A stretch of 64,000 nucleotides of DNA, taken from positions 4,864,001 through 4,928,000 of the forward strand of contig OZ241917.1 of assembly GCA_965203805.1 (NCBI GenBank), given 5' to 3'. Origin of the DNA: Candidatus Latescibacterota bacterium (lineage in GTDB: Bacteria; Latescibacterota; UBA2968; GCA-2709665). Of this stretch, positions 1 to 9,870 are shown piece by piece; position 1 is the stretch's first letter; each line of letters begins with the position of its first letter. A model generated the notes under the pieces. It ran no database searches. It saw only the letters and a program-made list of their open reading frames with translations, and had not been told where the DNA came from. A program made the position numbers and the translations under genes.

Positions 1-1
1 T

Positions 2-2116
2 GTCACGCTATACTGGATCGGTTCGATCACGCCGCCCGGCATGGCCGGCGCGGTTTTTTATATGTCCCTGTTTCGCGGCCTGTTCACGTGGGGGTTCGCC
101 AGAGTCGTCGCGCGATATGGCGGCGCGGGGTTGTGGAGCGCGCCGTTCCTCTGGGTGGGGTTGGAATATTTCAACTCTGTGGGCGATATGGGGTTTCCAT
201 GGGTCGTGCTGGGAAATTCCCAGACGGCCTGGCTGTGGCTGATCCAGTATGCCGAAGTGACGGGAGTGTACGGGGTTTCGTTCTGGATTGTGGTGGTCAA
301 CCTGAGCGTGCTGATGCTCTGGAGGCACCGGGCGCGGCGCAGGATTTGGGTTGCGGTTCTGGCGGCCCTTTTTGCGGGACCGGCGGCAAACGGGTATCTG
401 GCTCTGAAGAACGTTCCGGATGAACAACCCGTGACCGTCGGCCTGGTCCAGCCGGATATGCCGCCTGTGGCCAAGGAATACCGGGGATTCGATTACAATT
501 TCGGCAAGCTGAAGCCGATGACCGTCGAGGCCGCGCAGCAGGGGGCAGGGCTCGTCGTGTGGCCCGAGACAGCCGTGGGCTATCTGAAAGGGGAATTGTA
601 CCGGCGCCATCGCGAGCGGGTGCAGGCAATGGTGGACTCGCTCGGCATTCATCTGTTTACCGGCGCATACAGACTGGAAGCCGGCGACCCTGTAAAGGTC
701 TTCAACTCCTCGTTTCTGTTCGCGCCGCGAAGCGGGATCATCGGACACTACGACAAGACACGCCTCGTGCCGCTCGGTGAACGAGCGCCGTTCCCGGAAT
801 TGCTTCCGTTTCTGAGAAAGATCAGGTTCACGGGCGGCGGGTTCGTGGGGGGCAACTGGGATTCCGGAGAGACCCGGACGGTCTTCGACGTTTCCGAAGC
901 CCGTTTCTCCGCGCTGATCTGTTACGATTCGGTCTTTCCCGGATTCGTGCGGGCTTTTGCGGACCTGGGGGCCGAGTTTCTGGTGATCATTACCAATGAC
1001 GGCTGGTTCGGCCGGACTTCCGGACCCTTTCAGCACGCCGAGGCGGCTGTGTTTCGCGCCATCGAGAACCGGCGTGACGTGGTACGCTGCGCGAATACGG
1101 GCGTTTCCACGTTCATCGACGCCTACGGACGGAAATCGGGAACGACCGGGATTTTCCATCCGGCGGTAGTGACGCAGGGAGTGACGCCTCGAACCACAAA
1201 GACGTTCTATACGAGATACGGAGACCTGTTCGCCCGGCTTTGCCTGGTACTGGGCGTGATCATGGGGTTGATGTCCTTTCGAGGTCGAACAACGGATGCA
1301 TCCCATTCCATACTGCCACCGGGCTCCGAAACGCCCGCCGGACGCCCGCCCGAACCGGCTTCGGGCGGCGACGACAGGGCGATGCCCTTTCTGGATCATC
1401 TGGAGGAACTGCGATGGCGTCTGTTAAAGGGGCTGGCGGCCCTCACGGTCGGCGCCGTGATCTGCGGGGTATTCTCGGACAATATCCTCGGGTGGCTCGT
1501 GCTGCCTGTCCGGGAGGCGACACCCGTCATGAAGCTGTTGGGCGTGGCGCCCGTCGAGCCGCCGGTCAAGCTGATCTATTTGAAACCGATGGGGATGTTT
1601 CTCGTTAAACTACAAATCGCCCTTGTCGGCGGCGCGATCCTGGCGTTGCCGGTTCTCCTGTATCAACTGTGGATTTTCGTCGCGCCGGGTCTGTTGACAA
1701 CAGAGCGGCGGTACGTATCTTTTATTGTCTTCTCATCGTCAATCTGTTTTGTCCTCGGTGGCGCCATCGCTTACGTGAGCGTGGTGCCGCTGTCGTTTCG
1801 TTTCCTTATTCTGATCGGCGAAGGGACCGGGGTCGACCCCCAGTTCGATATCGGCTTCTACATTGGTTTCGTGCTGAGGCTGCTGGTTGCGTTCGGGGTT
1901 GTCTTCGAGCTTCCGGTAGCGGCGTTCTTCCTGAGTCGGATCGGTCTGCTGACCGCGGACCGGATGCGTTGGGGAAGGAGATACGCGGTTGTGATCGGCT
2001 TTGTGCTGGCCGCGCTGCTGACGCCGCCGGACCCGATCTCCCAGCTGATGATGGCGCTCCCGCTGGTACTGCTCTACGAATTCAGCATCTGGGTGGCGCG
2101 TGTTGCCGGCAGATGA
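2..2116 (+). CDS. lnt-tatC: Apolipoprotein N-acyltransferase (Lnt) fused in frame to twin-arginine translocase TatC; 5' end truncated by the window
   Basis: Frame is open from base 2 (VTLYWIG...). Lnt motifs GFPW, WPET, YDKxRLVP, ICYD, TNDGWF, RAIEN. A Pro-rich linker follows, then TatC from ATG 1382 (MPFLDHLEELRWRL, YQLWxFVAPGL, FELP, LTPPDPISQ, LLYE). Confidence 0.9.
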   Translation, partial: VTLYWIGSITPPGMAGAVFYMSLFRGLFTWGFARVVARYGGAGLWSAPFLWVGLEYFNSVGDMGFPWVVLGNSQTAWLWLIQYAEVTGVYGVSFWIVVVNLSVLMLWRHRARRRIWVAVLAALFAGPAANGYLALKNVPDEQPVTVGLVQPDMPPVAKEYRGFDYNFGKLKPMTVEAAQQGAGLVVWPETAVGYLKGELYRRHRERVQAMVDSLGIHLFTGAYRLEAGDPVKVFNSSFLFAPRSGIIGHYDKTRLVPLGERAPFPELLPFLRKIRFTGGGFVGGNWDSGETRTVFDVSEARFSALICYDSVFPGFVRAFADLGAEFLVIITNDGWFGRTSGPFQHAEAAVFRAIENRRDVVRCANTGVSTFIDAYGRKSGTTGIFHPAVVTQGVTPRTTKTFYTRYGDLFARLCLVLGVIMGLMSFRGRTTDASHSILPPGSETPAGRPPEPASGGDDRAMPFLDHLEELRWRLLKGLAALTVGAVICGVFSDNILGWLVLPVREATPVMKLLGVAPVEPPVKLIYLKPMGMFLVKLQIALVGGAILALPVLLYQLWIFVAPGLLTTERRYVSFIVFSSSICFVLGGAIAYVSVVPLSFRFLILIGEGTGVDPQFDIGFYIGFVLRLLVAFGVVFELPVAAFFLSRIGLLTADRMRWGRRYAVVIGFVLAALLTPPDPISQLMMALPLVLLYEFSIWVARVAGR

Positions 2117-2204
2117 GCCGGGGTTGCGATGCAGGCGTTCCTTTACACGCCGGCGCCGGATCGGCGTCCGCAAGGCAATGTAGACTAACAAGGACTTGTT
2201 TTTA

Positions 2205-3182
2205 ATGAATATACTGGTTGCAGCCGTTGTTCTGGCAATCTGTTTCGCGGTGCTTGCAAAATGTGCTTCGTGGTTTGTGGACGGAGCGGTGGGGATTGCC
2301 GAAGTTCTGAACGTGCCCAAGATGCTGATCGGCATCGTGCTCGTGAGCCTTGCGACAACCTCACCGGAGCTTGCCGTGTCGGTGCTGGCCGCATTCGAAG
2401 GGCACCCGGAGATGGCGCTGGGCAACGCCATCGGGTCGGTAATCGTGGACGACGGCGTGGCGCTCGCGCTGGGCGTTCTCGTTGCAGGCACGCCGATTCT
2501 CATCAATCCGTACCTGCTGCGGACAACGGGAATCTTTCTGATTGTGGTGGATCTGGCCGCCTACGCGATGGCGTTCGACGGAACGCTGGACCGGATCGAG
2601 GGCGGCGTACTGCTCGTCCTGTTCGTGGCCTACACGGTCTTTACGTACGTTACACGACGGCGTTCAGCATCGGCCGAGGGGAATCGGATCGAGGAACTGA
2701 AGGAGATCGAGGAATCCATAGAAGGTCGGGGACCGGGCATGCTGACGCTCTGGTTCTGCGTGGGCCTTGTCGGGGTATTGATTTCCAGCCACTTTATCGT
2801 GGAATCCGCCGTGGTCATCGCCAAGGCATTGGCCGTCAGCGAAGCGGTGATCGCGCTTACGGTCATCGCCATCGGCACGTCGTTGCCTGAGATCGCGACA
2901 GGCGTGACGGCCGCCCGCAGAGGGCACGGTGAGATTGTCGTCGGCAATATCCTTGGCGCGGACATCCTGAATATCTGCTGGATCGCCGGCGCTTCCGCGG
3001 TTGTCAATCCGCTCGTGGTGACGCCCAAAGTGATCCATTTTTCGTTTCCCGCCATGCTGGTAATCGTATTTGCGATGCTCTTCCTGATGCGCACCGGCTA
3101 CCGGCTGACACGCATCGAAGGGTTCGTACTGCTGGCGGTTTACGGGATATATCTGGGCTTGACGGGAATCATGTTTTTTTAG
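2205..3182 (+). CDS. Calcium/sodium (CaCA, YrbG-like) antiporter
   Basis: Two alpha-repeats, SLATTSPEL...GNAIGS and AIGTSLPEI...GNILGA; hydrophobic throughout. Confidence 0.9.
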   Translation: MNILVAAVVLAICFAVLAKCASWFVDGAVGIAEVLNVPKMLIGIVLVSLATTSPELAVSVLAAFEGHPEMALGNAIGSVIVDDGVALALGVLVAGTPILINPYLLRTTGIFLIVVDLAAYAMAFDGTLDRIEGGVLLVLFVAYTVFTYVTRRRSASAEGNRIEELKEIEESIEGRGPGMLTLWFCVGLVGVLISSHFIVESAVVIAKALAVSEAVIALTVIAIGTSLPEIATGVTAARRGHGEIVVGNILGADILNICWIAGASAVVNPLVVTPKVIHFSFPAMLVIVFAMLFLMRTGYRLTRIEGFVLLAVYGIYLGLTGIMFF

Positions 3183-3191
3183 GGGACCATT

Positions 3192-4226
3192 ATGGGCGGG
3201 ATATTCGTGACCGGAGGCGCGGGCTTCATCGGGTCGAACTTTGTCCGGTACTGGCTGTCCAGATATCCGGATGACAGCGTCGTTAATTACGATCTGCTCA
3301 CGTATGCCGGGAATCCGGACAACCTGGCCGACGTGACGGAGACATATCCCGGAAGGTACGAATTCGTGCAGGGCGATATCGGCAATTATGAGCTGACCCG
3401 GGATCTTCTGGAACGGCACCGGCCGGACTGTGTCGTCAACTTCGCCGCCGAGTCGCACAACAGCCGCGCCGTTGTGAATCCCGACGTTTTCTTCGAGACC
3501 AACGTGCTGGGAACGCAGCGACTGTTGCAGGCCGCACACGACGCCGGCGTGCCCAGGGTTCACCATATTTCCACCTGTGAGGTCTACGGAGACCTGCCGC
3601 TCGATTCGGACGAGAGCTTTTCGGAAACCGACCCGTATCAGCCGCGAACGCCTTACAACGCCTCCAAAGCGGCCGCCGACCTGGCGGTCCGGGCGTACCA
3701 TCTGACGTTCGGTCTGCCCGTTACGATCTCCAACTGCGCGAACAACTACGGGCCCCGCCAGTTCCCGGAAAAGGTGGTCCCTCTGTTTGTCACCCAGCTC
3801 CTCAACGGGAAGAAGATGACGCTCTACAGGAGCAGCCGGAACAAACGGGAGTGGCTCCACGTGGACGACCACTGCCGGGCGATCGACCTGATCCTGAAGC
3901 AGGGGAAGATCGGGGAGACGTACAATGTCGGCAGCGGCGTTGAAGTGGACGTCGAGACGATTGCAGACACCATTCTGGACGTGCTCGGGCTGGACGGATC
4001 GTACAAGGTTTACGTCCCGGACCGACCGGGACACGACCGCAGATACCTTCTGGATTCGAGCAGGCTGCGTACCCAGCTCGGGTGGCGTCCGCGGATTTCC
4101 TTCGATCGCGGGTTCAGGGAAACCGTACTGTGGTATACCGACAATCGCGCCTGGTGGGAACCGCTCCTGAAACGTCTCGACGTGGACGAGGAAGCCTGGA
4201 CGCAGGCGCCGTCACGGCGGTCCTGA
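3192..4226 (+). CDS. rfbB: dTDP-glucose 4,6-dehydratase
   Basis: VTGGAGFIGSNF, DLLTYAGN, FAAESH, PYNASKA, NNYGPRQFPEK, DRPGHDRRY. Confidence 0.93.
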   Translation: MGGIFVTGGAGFIGSNFVRYWLSRYPDDSVVNYDLLTYAGNPDNLADVTETYPGRYEFVQGDIGNYELTRDLLERHRPDCVVNFAAESHNSRAVVNPDVFFETNVLGTQRLLQAAHDAGVPRVHHISTCEVYGDLPLDSDESFSETDPYQPRTPYNASKAAADLAVRAYHLTFGLPVTISNCANNYGPRQFPEKVVPLFVTQLLNGKKMTLYRSSRNKREWLHVDDHCRAIDLILKQGKIGETYNVGSGVEVDVETIADTILDVLGLDGSYKVYVPDRPGHDRRYLLDSSRLRTQLGWRPRISFDRGFRETVLWYTDNRAWWEPLLKRLDVDEEAWTQAPSRRS

Positions 4227-4265
4227 CCCGCGGGAATCGTTCACGTTTCCTGGAAAGGACACTGG

Positions 4266-4832
4266 ATGCCATTCCGGTTCCAGAGGTTGCGCATTCCGGA
4301 ACTCGTACTGGTGGAACCCCGGGTCTTCGAGGACAGTCGCGGGTTTCTGATGGAGTCCTACAGGAAGTCGGATTTCGAGGCGAACGGAATCTCCGCCGAG
4401 TTCGTGCAGGACATTCATTCCCATTCGATCAGGGGTGTATTGAGGGGGTTGCACTACCAGCTGCACCCCGCGGCGCAGGCCAAGCTGGTGAGGGTGGTGA
4501 AGGGCGAGGTATTCGACGTGGCCGTGGATATCCGCAGGAATGCCCCCACCTTCGGACAGTGGGAAGGCGTGGTGCTATCTGACGAAAACTACAGGATGTT
4601 CTACGTTCCGGAGGGATTTGCGCACGGATTCTGCGTGCTGAGCGACGAGGCCGAATTCGTCTACAAGGTCACCGCGGAGTTCGCGCCGGACCTCGACCGG
4701 GGCATCCTGTGGAACGATCCGGCCGTCGGCATCGACTGGCCGGTTTCCAATCCCGTCCTGTCCAGGAAGGACCTGGAACTGCCCCTGCTGGCCGACGCCG
4801 AAAATAACTTCGTCTACGACCCGGGCGCATGA
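4266..4832 (+). CDS. rfbC: dTDP-4-dehydrorhamnose 3,5-epimerase
   Basis: DSRGF, GVLRGLHYQ, QAKLVRV, DVAVDIR, GFAHGF, WNDP. Confidence 0.95.
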   Translation: MPFRFQRLRIPELVLVEPRVFEDSRGFLMESYRKSDFEANGISAEFVQDIHSHSIRGVLRGLHYQLHPAAQAKLVRVVKGEVFDVAVDIRRNAPTFGQWEGVVLSDENYRMFYVPEGFAHGFCVLSDEAEFVYKVTAEFAPDLDRGILWNDPAVGIDWPVSNPVLSRKDLELPLLADAENNFVYDPGA

Positions 4833-4913
4833 AAACGAAGCGGATTCGACGTCATTCCGGGAGGCGACGCGGTTACGGACGTCGTTCCGGAGATCGTCGG
4901 ATCCCGGCAGAAC

Positions 4914-5552
4914 CTACCCAAGCGGGCCGCCGCCGAAGAGGTCTTCTCCTTCTTCGGCGGTTTCTTCTTTGTTGGAGATGCCCCAGATCAGTCCGTGAGG
5001 ATCCAGTTCGTTCAGAGGGGGGCTGTCGTAGTCAGGTTGGAGTTCGCTTCCGCAGATGGGACAGCAGGCATACGACGGATGATACAGTACGCCGTTGTTG
5101 CAGGTCTTGCAGGATTTCACCATCGTATCCAGCTTCTCGCCGCAGCGCACACAATGCTGAAAGTAGCCGTCGTAGGGCGTGCTCTCCCCGCACCCGGAGC
5201 AGGTCACAACGTCGTGCATGCCCAGTTTGTCGGCCGGCGGCTGCTCGAGCGAGATCGCCTGCCGATCCGGCACGGAGACGTATTCGGCCTTGAACGTCTG
5301 GAATTTTTCGCGGATCTGGCTGGTTTGTACGCCCAGGTATTTTTCCGAAATCGTGATCGTGAAGACCAGATCGGGCGAAATGCCCAGGAAGTGGATGAGG
5401 TCTCGGGTATTCCAGTCCCGCTGTTCGACGATCGTGGCCTTGTGGGTTTCACACAGGTTGAGGAAGTCCTGGATTTTTTTTCGGTTCTCCCGCCGCCGGC
5501 TGTTGTCATCCCGCTCAAACTCGTACAGGGTGCCGAAGTCGATGCGGATCAT
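4914..5552 (-). CDS. Hypothetical protein with C-terminal double zinc ribbon
   Basis: Four CxxC pairs (CSGC, CVRC, CKTC, CPIC); ATGA overlap with the uvrA stop. Confidence 0.7.
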   Translation of the reverse strand: MIRIDFGTLYEFERDDNSRRRENRKKIQDFLNLCETHKATIVEQRDWNTRDLIHFLGISPDLVFTITISEKYLGVQTSQIREKFQTFKAEYVSVPDRQAISLEQPPADKLGMHDVVTCSGCGESTPYDGYFQHCVRCGEKLDTMVKSCKTCNNGVLYHPSYACCPICGSELQPDYDSPPLNELDPHGLIWGISNKEETAEEGEDLFGGGPLG

Positions 5553-8320
5553 TGCTCGATCACCTCTTTGAGAAAACGGCCGGTGTGGGAGGCCGGCGCG
5601 GCGGCAACCCGTTGCGGGGGCCCCTCCGCGACGACCCGGCCGCCGGATTCGCCTCCGCCGGGACCGAGGTCGACGATCCAGTCCGCCCGTTTCACCACGT
5701 CCAGGTTGTGTTCGATCACAATGACGGTATTGCCCTTGTCCACCAGCCGGTCCAGAACCGCGATGAGCGTCCGGATGTCCTCGAAGTGCAGCCCGGTCGT
5801 AGGCTCATCCAGAATATACATGGTTTTTCCGGTTGCCACACGGGAAAGTTCGGCGGCCAGTTTGATGCGCTGCGCTTCGCCTCCTGAGAGTGCCGTTGCC
5901 GACTGGCCCAGCCGGATATAGCCCAGGCCGACGTCCGAGAGGGTTTTCAGTTTCCGCCGCGCGCCGGGTATTTCCCGAAAGAACGTGAGCGCCCTCTCGG
6001 TGGTCATATTCAGGACGTCCGCGATCGAACAGCCCTTGTAACGGATTTCCAGGGTCTCCCTGTTGTAACGGCTTCCGCCGCAGGCATCGCAGGTCACATA
6101 GACATCGGGGAGGAAGTCCATTTCAATTCGTTGCTGGCCGTCGCCCTGGCAGGGCTCGCAACGTCCTCCCTTCAGATTGAAGCTGAATCGACCCGGCGTA
6201 TATCCCCGAACCCTGGATTCGGGCAGTTGCGCGTAGAGCTCTCGAATGTCCGTGAGGAGGTCGGTGTAGGTGGCCGGGTTTGATCGGGGTGTCCGCCCGA
6301 TTGGCGCCTGGTCGATCCGGATGATCTTGTCGATCTGAGAAAGTCCCTCGATGCCGTCGTGTTCAAGCGGTACGGCCGTGGCGTTGTGCAGTCTGTTTGC
6401 CAGCGCGGGATAGAGTGTCTCGTTGATCAGGGTACTCTTTCCGGACCCGGACACACCGGTAACGCAGACAAGGACGCCAAGCGGCAGCGTGACGTCAACG
6501 CCCTTGAGATTGTGTCCTCGCGCCCCCTTCAAAACGATCCGGCCGGCAGGTTGTCTTCTGTCGGGGGGCCGGGGGATGGATTTCCGCCCGGAAAGGTACG
6601 CGCCCGTAAGGCATTCCCGGTCGGCCATAATATCCTCAGCGCTACCCTGTGCGATCAGTTCGCCTCCCAGCTCGCCTGCTCCGGGCCCGAGGTCGATCAG
6701 ATGGTCGGCGGCCATCATGGTCTCCCTGTCGTGTTCCACTACCAGAACGGTATTGCCGAGGTCGCGGAGCGTTTCCAGAGTATCGATGAGCTTGCGGTTG
6801 TCCCCGGGGTGCAAGCCGACACTGGGTTCGTCAAGGACGTAGAGCACTCCCGAAAGGCGCGTGCCGATCTGTGTGGCCATGCGAATCCGCTGCGTCTCGC
6901 CGCCTGAGAGGGAGGCCACGTTGCGTTCCAGCGTGAGATATCCCACACCCACGTCCCTCAGGAAGACGAGTCGGTTGCGGATTTCATCCAGAATCGTGTC
7001 GACGACCTCGCGGGGTTTCAGCCTTCCCTTCAGGCGATCCATGAAATCGATGGCCCGATCGATGTCCATCGCCGAAACCTGCCCGATATTGCTGCCGTGA
7101 ATGGTGACCGCCAGGGCCTCCTTTCGCAACCTCGCGCCGGCACAGTCCGAACAGACAACGGTATGGATGTACGGTTCAGGGCCGGATCCGGCTTCATCCG
7201 ATGCGGCATCCGCAGCCCGCCCGCTGAGCGACGGGATCACGCCGTCGAAGCCGAGGGATTCGTCGCCCCACAGTATGGCCTCCCTCGCTTCGGTTGAAAG
7301 GGAACCGAATGGCGCGGCGACGTCGAACCCATACCGGTCCGCAAGGCGCTTGAGCAGATTGAGCTTCGCGCGGCCCCTGGGGACCCCCCAGGGCGCGATT
7401 GCGCCCTCGGCGATGGAGCGGCCCGCGTCCGGAACGACACCGTCAGGATTGATATCCGTCCTCTCGCCCATTCCGTTGCAGGCGGGACAGGCGCCGTGCG
7501 GACTGTTGAACGAGAACAGACGGGGCGTCAGTTCTTCAAGGGCGACGTCGCAGTTTCTGCAAATCAACCGGGTGGAAAAGCTCAACTCACGGCCTTCGAG
7601 CACATCCAGAACGACGATACCGCCGGACAGGGCCAGCGCGGTTTCCAACGAGTCGGCCAGCCGCCGTTCCATATTCGGTCGGACAACCAGGCGGTCGATT
7701 ACGGCGTCGACGGTGTGCGGTCTCGTCGGGTCCAGGCGAATCTCCTCTTCCAGGGCCCGGTCGCGGCCGTCGATCCGCACGCGCACGAATCCATCGCGCC
7801 GGAGGCGTTCCAGTTCCCGCTCCAGGCGACCCTTCCGGTTTCGTATCCACGGCGCCAGAATCCGAAGGCGGGCGCCCGCGGGCATCGCAAGCACCGTGTC
7901 GACGATTTCGCCGACGGTCTGGCAGGCAACCGGGTTACCGCAGTTCGGGCAATGCGGCAGACCGGCCCGTGCGAAGAGGACCCTGAGATGGTCGTGGATT
8001 TCCGTGAGGGTGCCAACCGTCGACCGGGAATTTCCCGCGGCCCGCAGCTGTTGAATCGCCACGGCGGGGGAAAGGCCGTCGATGCTGTCAACGTCGGGTC
8101 TCTCCATGACCTCCAGGAAACGGCGCGCGTGGGCGGACATCGCCTCCACGTACCTGCGCTGTCCTTCAGCATAGATGGTGTCGAAGGCCAGCGAGGTTTT
8201 CCCCGAGCCGGACGGCCCCGTGATGACCACAAACCGGTTTTTGGGGATGTCGAGATCGAGACCCCGGAGGTTGTGCTGGCGGGCGCCGCGTATTCGGATG
8301 GCGTCGTTTGCAGGTGGCAT
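5549..8320 (-). CDS. uvrA: Excinuclease ABC subunit UvrA
   Basis: IRGARQHNL, GPSGSGKTSLAFDTIYAEGQRRY, FSFNSPHGACPAC, LSGGE twice, second Walker A GVSGSGKST. Start placed at ATG 8320 because the longer ORF overlaps the tRNA-like gene. Confidence 0.95.
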   Translation of the reverse strand: MPPANDAIRIRGARQHNLRGLDLDIPKNRFVVITGPSGSGKTSLAFDTIYAEGQRRYVEAMSAHARRFLEVMERPDVDSIDGLSPAVAIQQLRAAGNSRSTVGTLTEIHDHLRVLFARAGLPHCPNCGNPVACQTVGEIVDTVLAMPAGARLRILAPWIRNRKGRLERELERLRRDGFVRVRIDGRDRALEEEIRLDPTRPHTVDAVIDRLVVRPNMERRLADSLETALALSGGIVVLDVLEGRELSFSTRLICRNCDVALEELTPRLFSFNSPHGACPACNGMGERTDINPDGVVPDAGRSIAEGAIAPWGVPRGRAKLNLLKRLADRYGFDVAAPFGSLSTEAREAILWGDESLGFDGVIPSLSGRAADAASDEAGSGPEPYIHTVVCSDCAGARLRKEALAVTIHGSNIGQVSAMDIDRAIDFMDRLKGRLKPREVVDTILDEIRNRLVFLRDVGVGYLTLERNVASLSGGETQRIRMATQIGTRLSGVLYVLDEPSVGLHPGDNRKLIDTLETLRDLGNTVLVVEHDRETMMAADHLIDLGPGAGELGGELIAQGSAEDIMADRECLTGAYLSGRKSIPRPPDRRQPAGRIVLKGARGHNLKGVDVTLPLGVLVCVTGVSGSGKSTLINETLYPALANRLHNATAVPLEHDGIEGLSQIDKIIRIDQAPIGRTPRSNPATYTDLLTDIRELYAQLPESRVRGYTPGRFSFNLKGGRCEPCQGDGQQRIEMDFLPDVYVTCDACGGSRYNRETLEIRYKGCSIADVLNMTTERALTFFREIPGARRKLKTLSDVGLGYIRLGQSATALSGGEAQRIKLAAELSRVATGKTMYILDEPTTGLHFEDIRTLIAVLDRLVDKGNTVIVIEHNLDVVKRADWIVDLGPGGGESGGRVVAEGPPQRVAAAPASHTGRFLKEVIEQ

Positions 8321-8336
8321 GCGGGACCGGCGAGGC

Positions 8337-8364
8337 AAAACCCCGATCGGGCGACCGGGGCTTT
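8337..8364 (-). terminator. Intrinsic terminator after the tRNA-like gene
   Basis: Minus strand CCCCGGTC-GCCC-GATCGGGG-TTTT. Confidence 0.6.
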
Positions 8365-8367
8365 GGA

Positions 8368-8434
8368 TGGTACGGCAAAGAGGACTCGAACCCCCAACCG
8401 TCCGGTACGTAGACGGCTTCTGAGCTATTGCCGC
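8368..8434 (-). tRNA. Atypical 67-nt tRNA-like gene (Arg-ACG-like) with shrunken D-arm; possibly a pseudo-tRNA
   Basis: Minus strand GCGGCAA TA GCTCAGAAG CCGT CTACGTA CCGG ACGGTT GGGGG TTCGAGT CCTCT TTGCCGT A CCA: 7-bp acceptor stem, T-loop TTCGA, encoded CCA. Confidence 0.65.
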
Positions 8435-8448
8435 GAAGGCGTTGGACA

Positions 8449-8476
8449 AATATACCTCCCGCCGGCGCCGTTGCAA
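8449..8476 (-). promoter_or_regulatory. Sigma70-like promoter for the tRNA-like gene/uvrA
   Basis: TTGCAA-N16-TATATT on the minus strand, 14 nt upstream of the tRNA-like 5' end. Confidence 0.5.
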
Positions 8477-8492
8477 GCCCAAAAATCGCCAC

Positions 8493-8521
8493 TTGACAAT
8501 GGCGGACGAAATCGGAAGATT
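8493..8521 (+). promoter_or_regulatory. Candidate sigma70 promoter for hemL
   Basis: TTGACA-N17-AAGATT. Confidence 0.35.
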
Positions 8522-8580
8522 AAGGACTTGCCGCAGCTGTGGTGAAATCCGAAAGCGGCCGTTGGGTCAGGGGGTGTGTT

Positions 8581-9870
8581 GTGAGCAACCGTTCGGCAGC
8601 GTTATTCGAAGCGGCGCAACGGGTGATTCCGGGGGGCGTGAACAGCCCGGCGCGGGCGTTCGGCCCTGTCGGCGGCCAGCCGCTGTTCATAACCCGTGGA
8701 AGCGGATCGAAGGTTTACGACGCGGACGGACGGGAATACATCGACTACGTCTGTTCGTGGGGACCGCTGGTTCTGGGCCACGCGCCGCCAGGCGTCGTTG
8801 AAAGGCTCAAGCGGACCTGCGAGCAGGGTACGAGTTTCGGGGCGCCCACTGAGACGGAGGTTGAAATGGCCCGGCTGGTCACCGAACTCGTACCCGGTGT
8901 GGAAATGGTGCGCATGGTGAATTCGGGCACCGAGGCTACGATGTCGGCCGTGCGCCTGGCAAGGGGGTATACGGGCCGCGAGAAGGTGATCAAGTTCGAG
9001 GGCTGCTGGCACGGGCACGCCGACAGCTTTCTGATTCAGGCGGGGTCGTCGGCGCTCACCACGGGCGTGCCCAGCAGCCCCGGCGTGACCGCGGGCACGG
9101 CGGGGGATACCCTCACCGCGCCATACAACGACCTCGAGGCGGTAAAGCGGATCGTGGCGGAGAACCGGGACGAGATCGCGGCGGTCATCGTGGAGCCGGT
9201 GGCCGGCAATATGGGTGTGATTCCGCCGGCTGACGGATTCCTGGAAGGACTGCGGGAACTCACCGCGGATTCGGAGATTGTGCTCATATTCGACGAAGTG
9301 ATCACCGGATTCAGGGTGCATCCAGGCGGCGCCCAGGCCTTATACGGGGTCACGCCCGATCTGACCACGCTCGGCAAAATTATCGGCGGCGGGCTGCCGG
9401 TGGGCGCATTCGGCGGCAGGCGGGAGATCATGTCGCATATTTCGCCACTCGGCAAAGGGGTATCGCAGGCCGGGACGCTTTCGGGAAATCCCCTTGCGAT
9501 GACGGCGGGCTACGAGACGCTCAGGCGACTCCGGGAACCCGGCGCGTATGAATCGCTGGAGGGCAAAGCCGCCGCTCTGGAGGCCGGCTTCCGGGAAAAC
9601 CTGAGGTCCCTCGGATTGCCGTTTCGACTGAACCGGGTCGGGTCCATGATGACCCTGTTCTTTACGGACCGTCCCGTGACGCGATACGAGGCCGCCGTCG
9701 CGTGCGACCAGGAGGCTTTCGCGCGATACTTCCGGGTGATGCTGGAACAGGGCGTCTATCTGGCGCCCTCGCAGTTCGAAGCGACCTTTGTATCGCTGGC
9801 GCATACCGAAGCGGATATCGACCGGACCGTCAAAGCGCAGCATACGGCATTGAAGTCATGCGCAGCCTGA
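8581..9870 (+). CDS. hemL: Glutamate-1-semialdehyde 2,1-aminomutase
   Basis: [74 protein letters not shown]. Confidence 0.95.
   Translation: MSNRSAALFEAAQRVIPGGVNSPARAFGPVGGQPLFITRGSGSKVYDADGREYIDYVCSWGPLVLGHAPPGVVERLKRTCEQGTSFGAPTETEVEMARLVTELVPGVEMVRMVNSGTEATMSAVRLARGYTGREKVIKFEGCWHGHADSFLIQAGSSALTTGVPSSPGVTAGTAGDTLTAPYNDLEAVKRIVAENRDEIAAVIVEPVAGNMGVIPPADGFLEGLRELTADSEIVLIFDEVITGFRVHPGGAQALYGVTPDLTTLGKIIGGGLPVGAFGGRREIMSHISPLGKGVSQAGTLSGNPLAMTAGYETLRRLREPGAYESLEGKAAALEAGFRENLRSLGLPFRLNRVGSMMTLFFTDRPVTRYEAAVACDQEAFARYFRVMLEQGVYLAPSQFEATFVSLAHTEADIDRTVKAQHTALKSCAA

Noticed and set aside
3192-4832. rfbB-rfbC without rfbA/rfbD
   Set aside because: Split rhamnose operons are common.
8321-8482. 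N-terminal extension of UvrA in the 977-aa ORF call
   Set aside because: It overlaps the tRNA-like gene, terminator and promoter; UvrA homology begins at ATG 8320.
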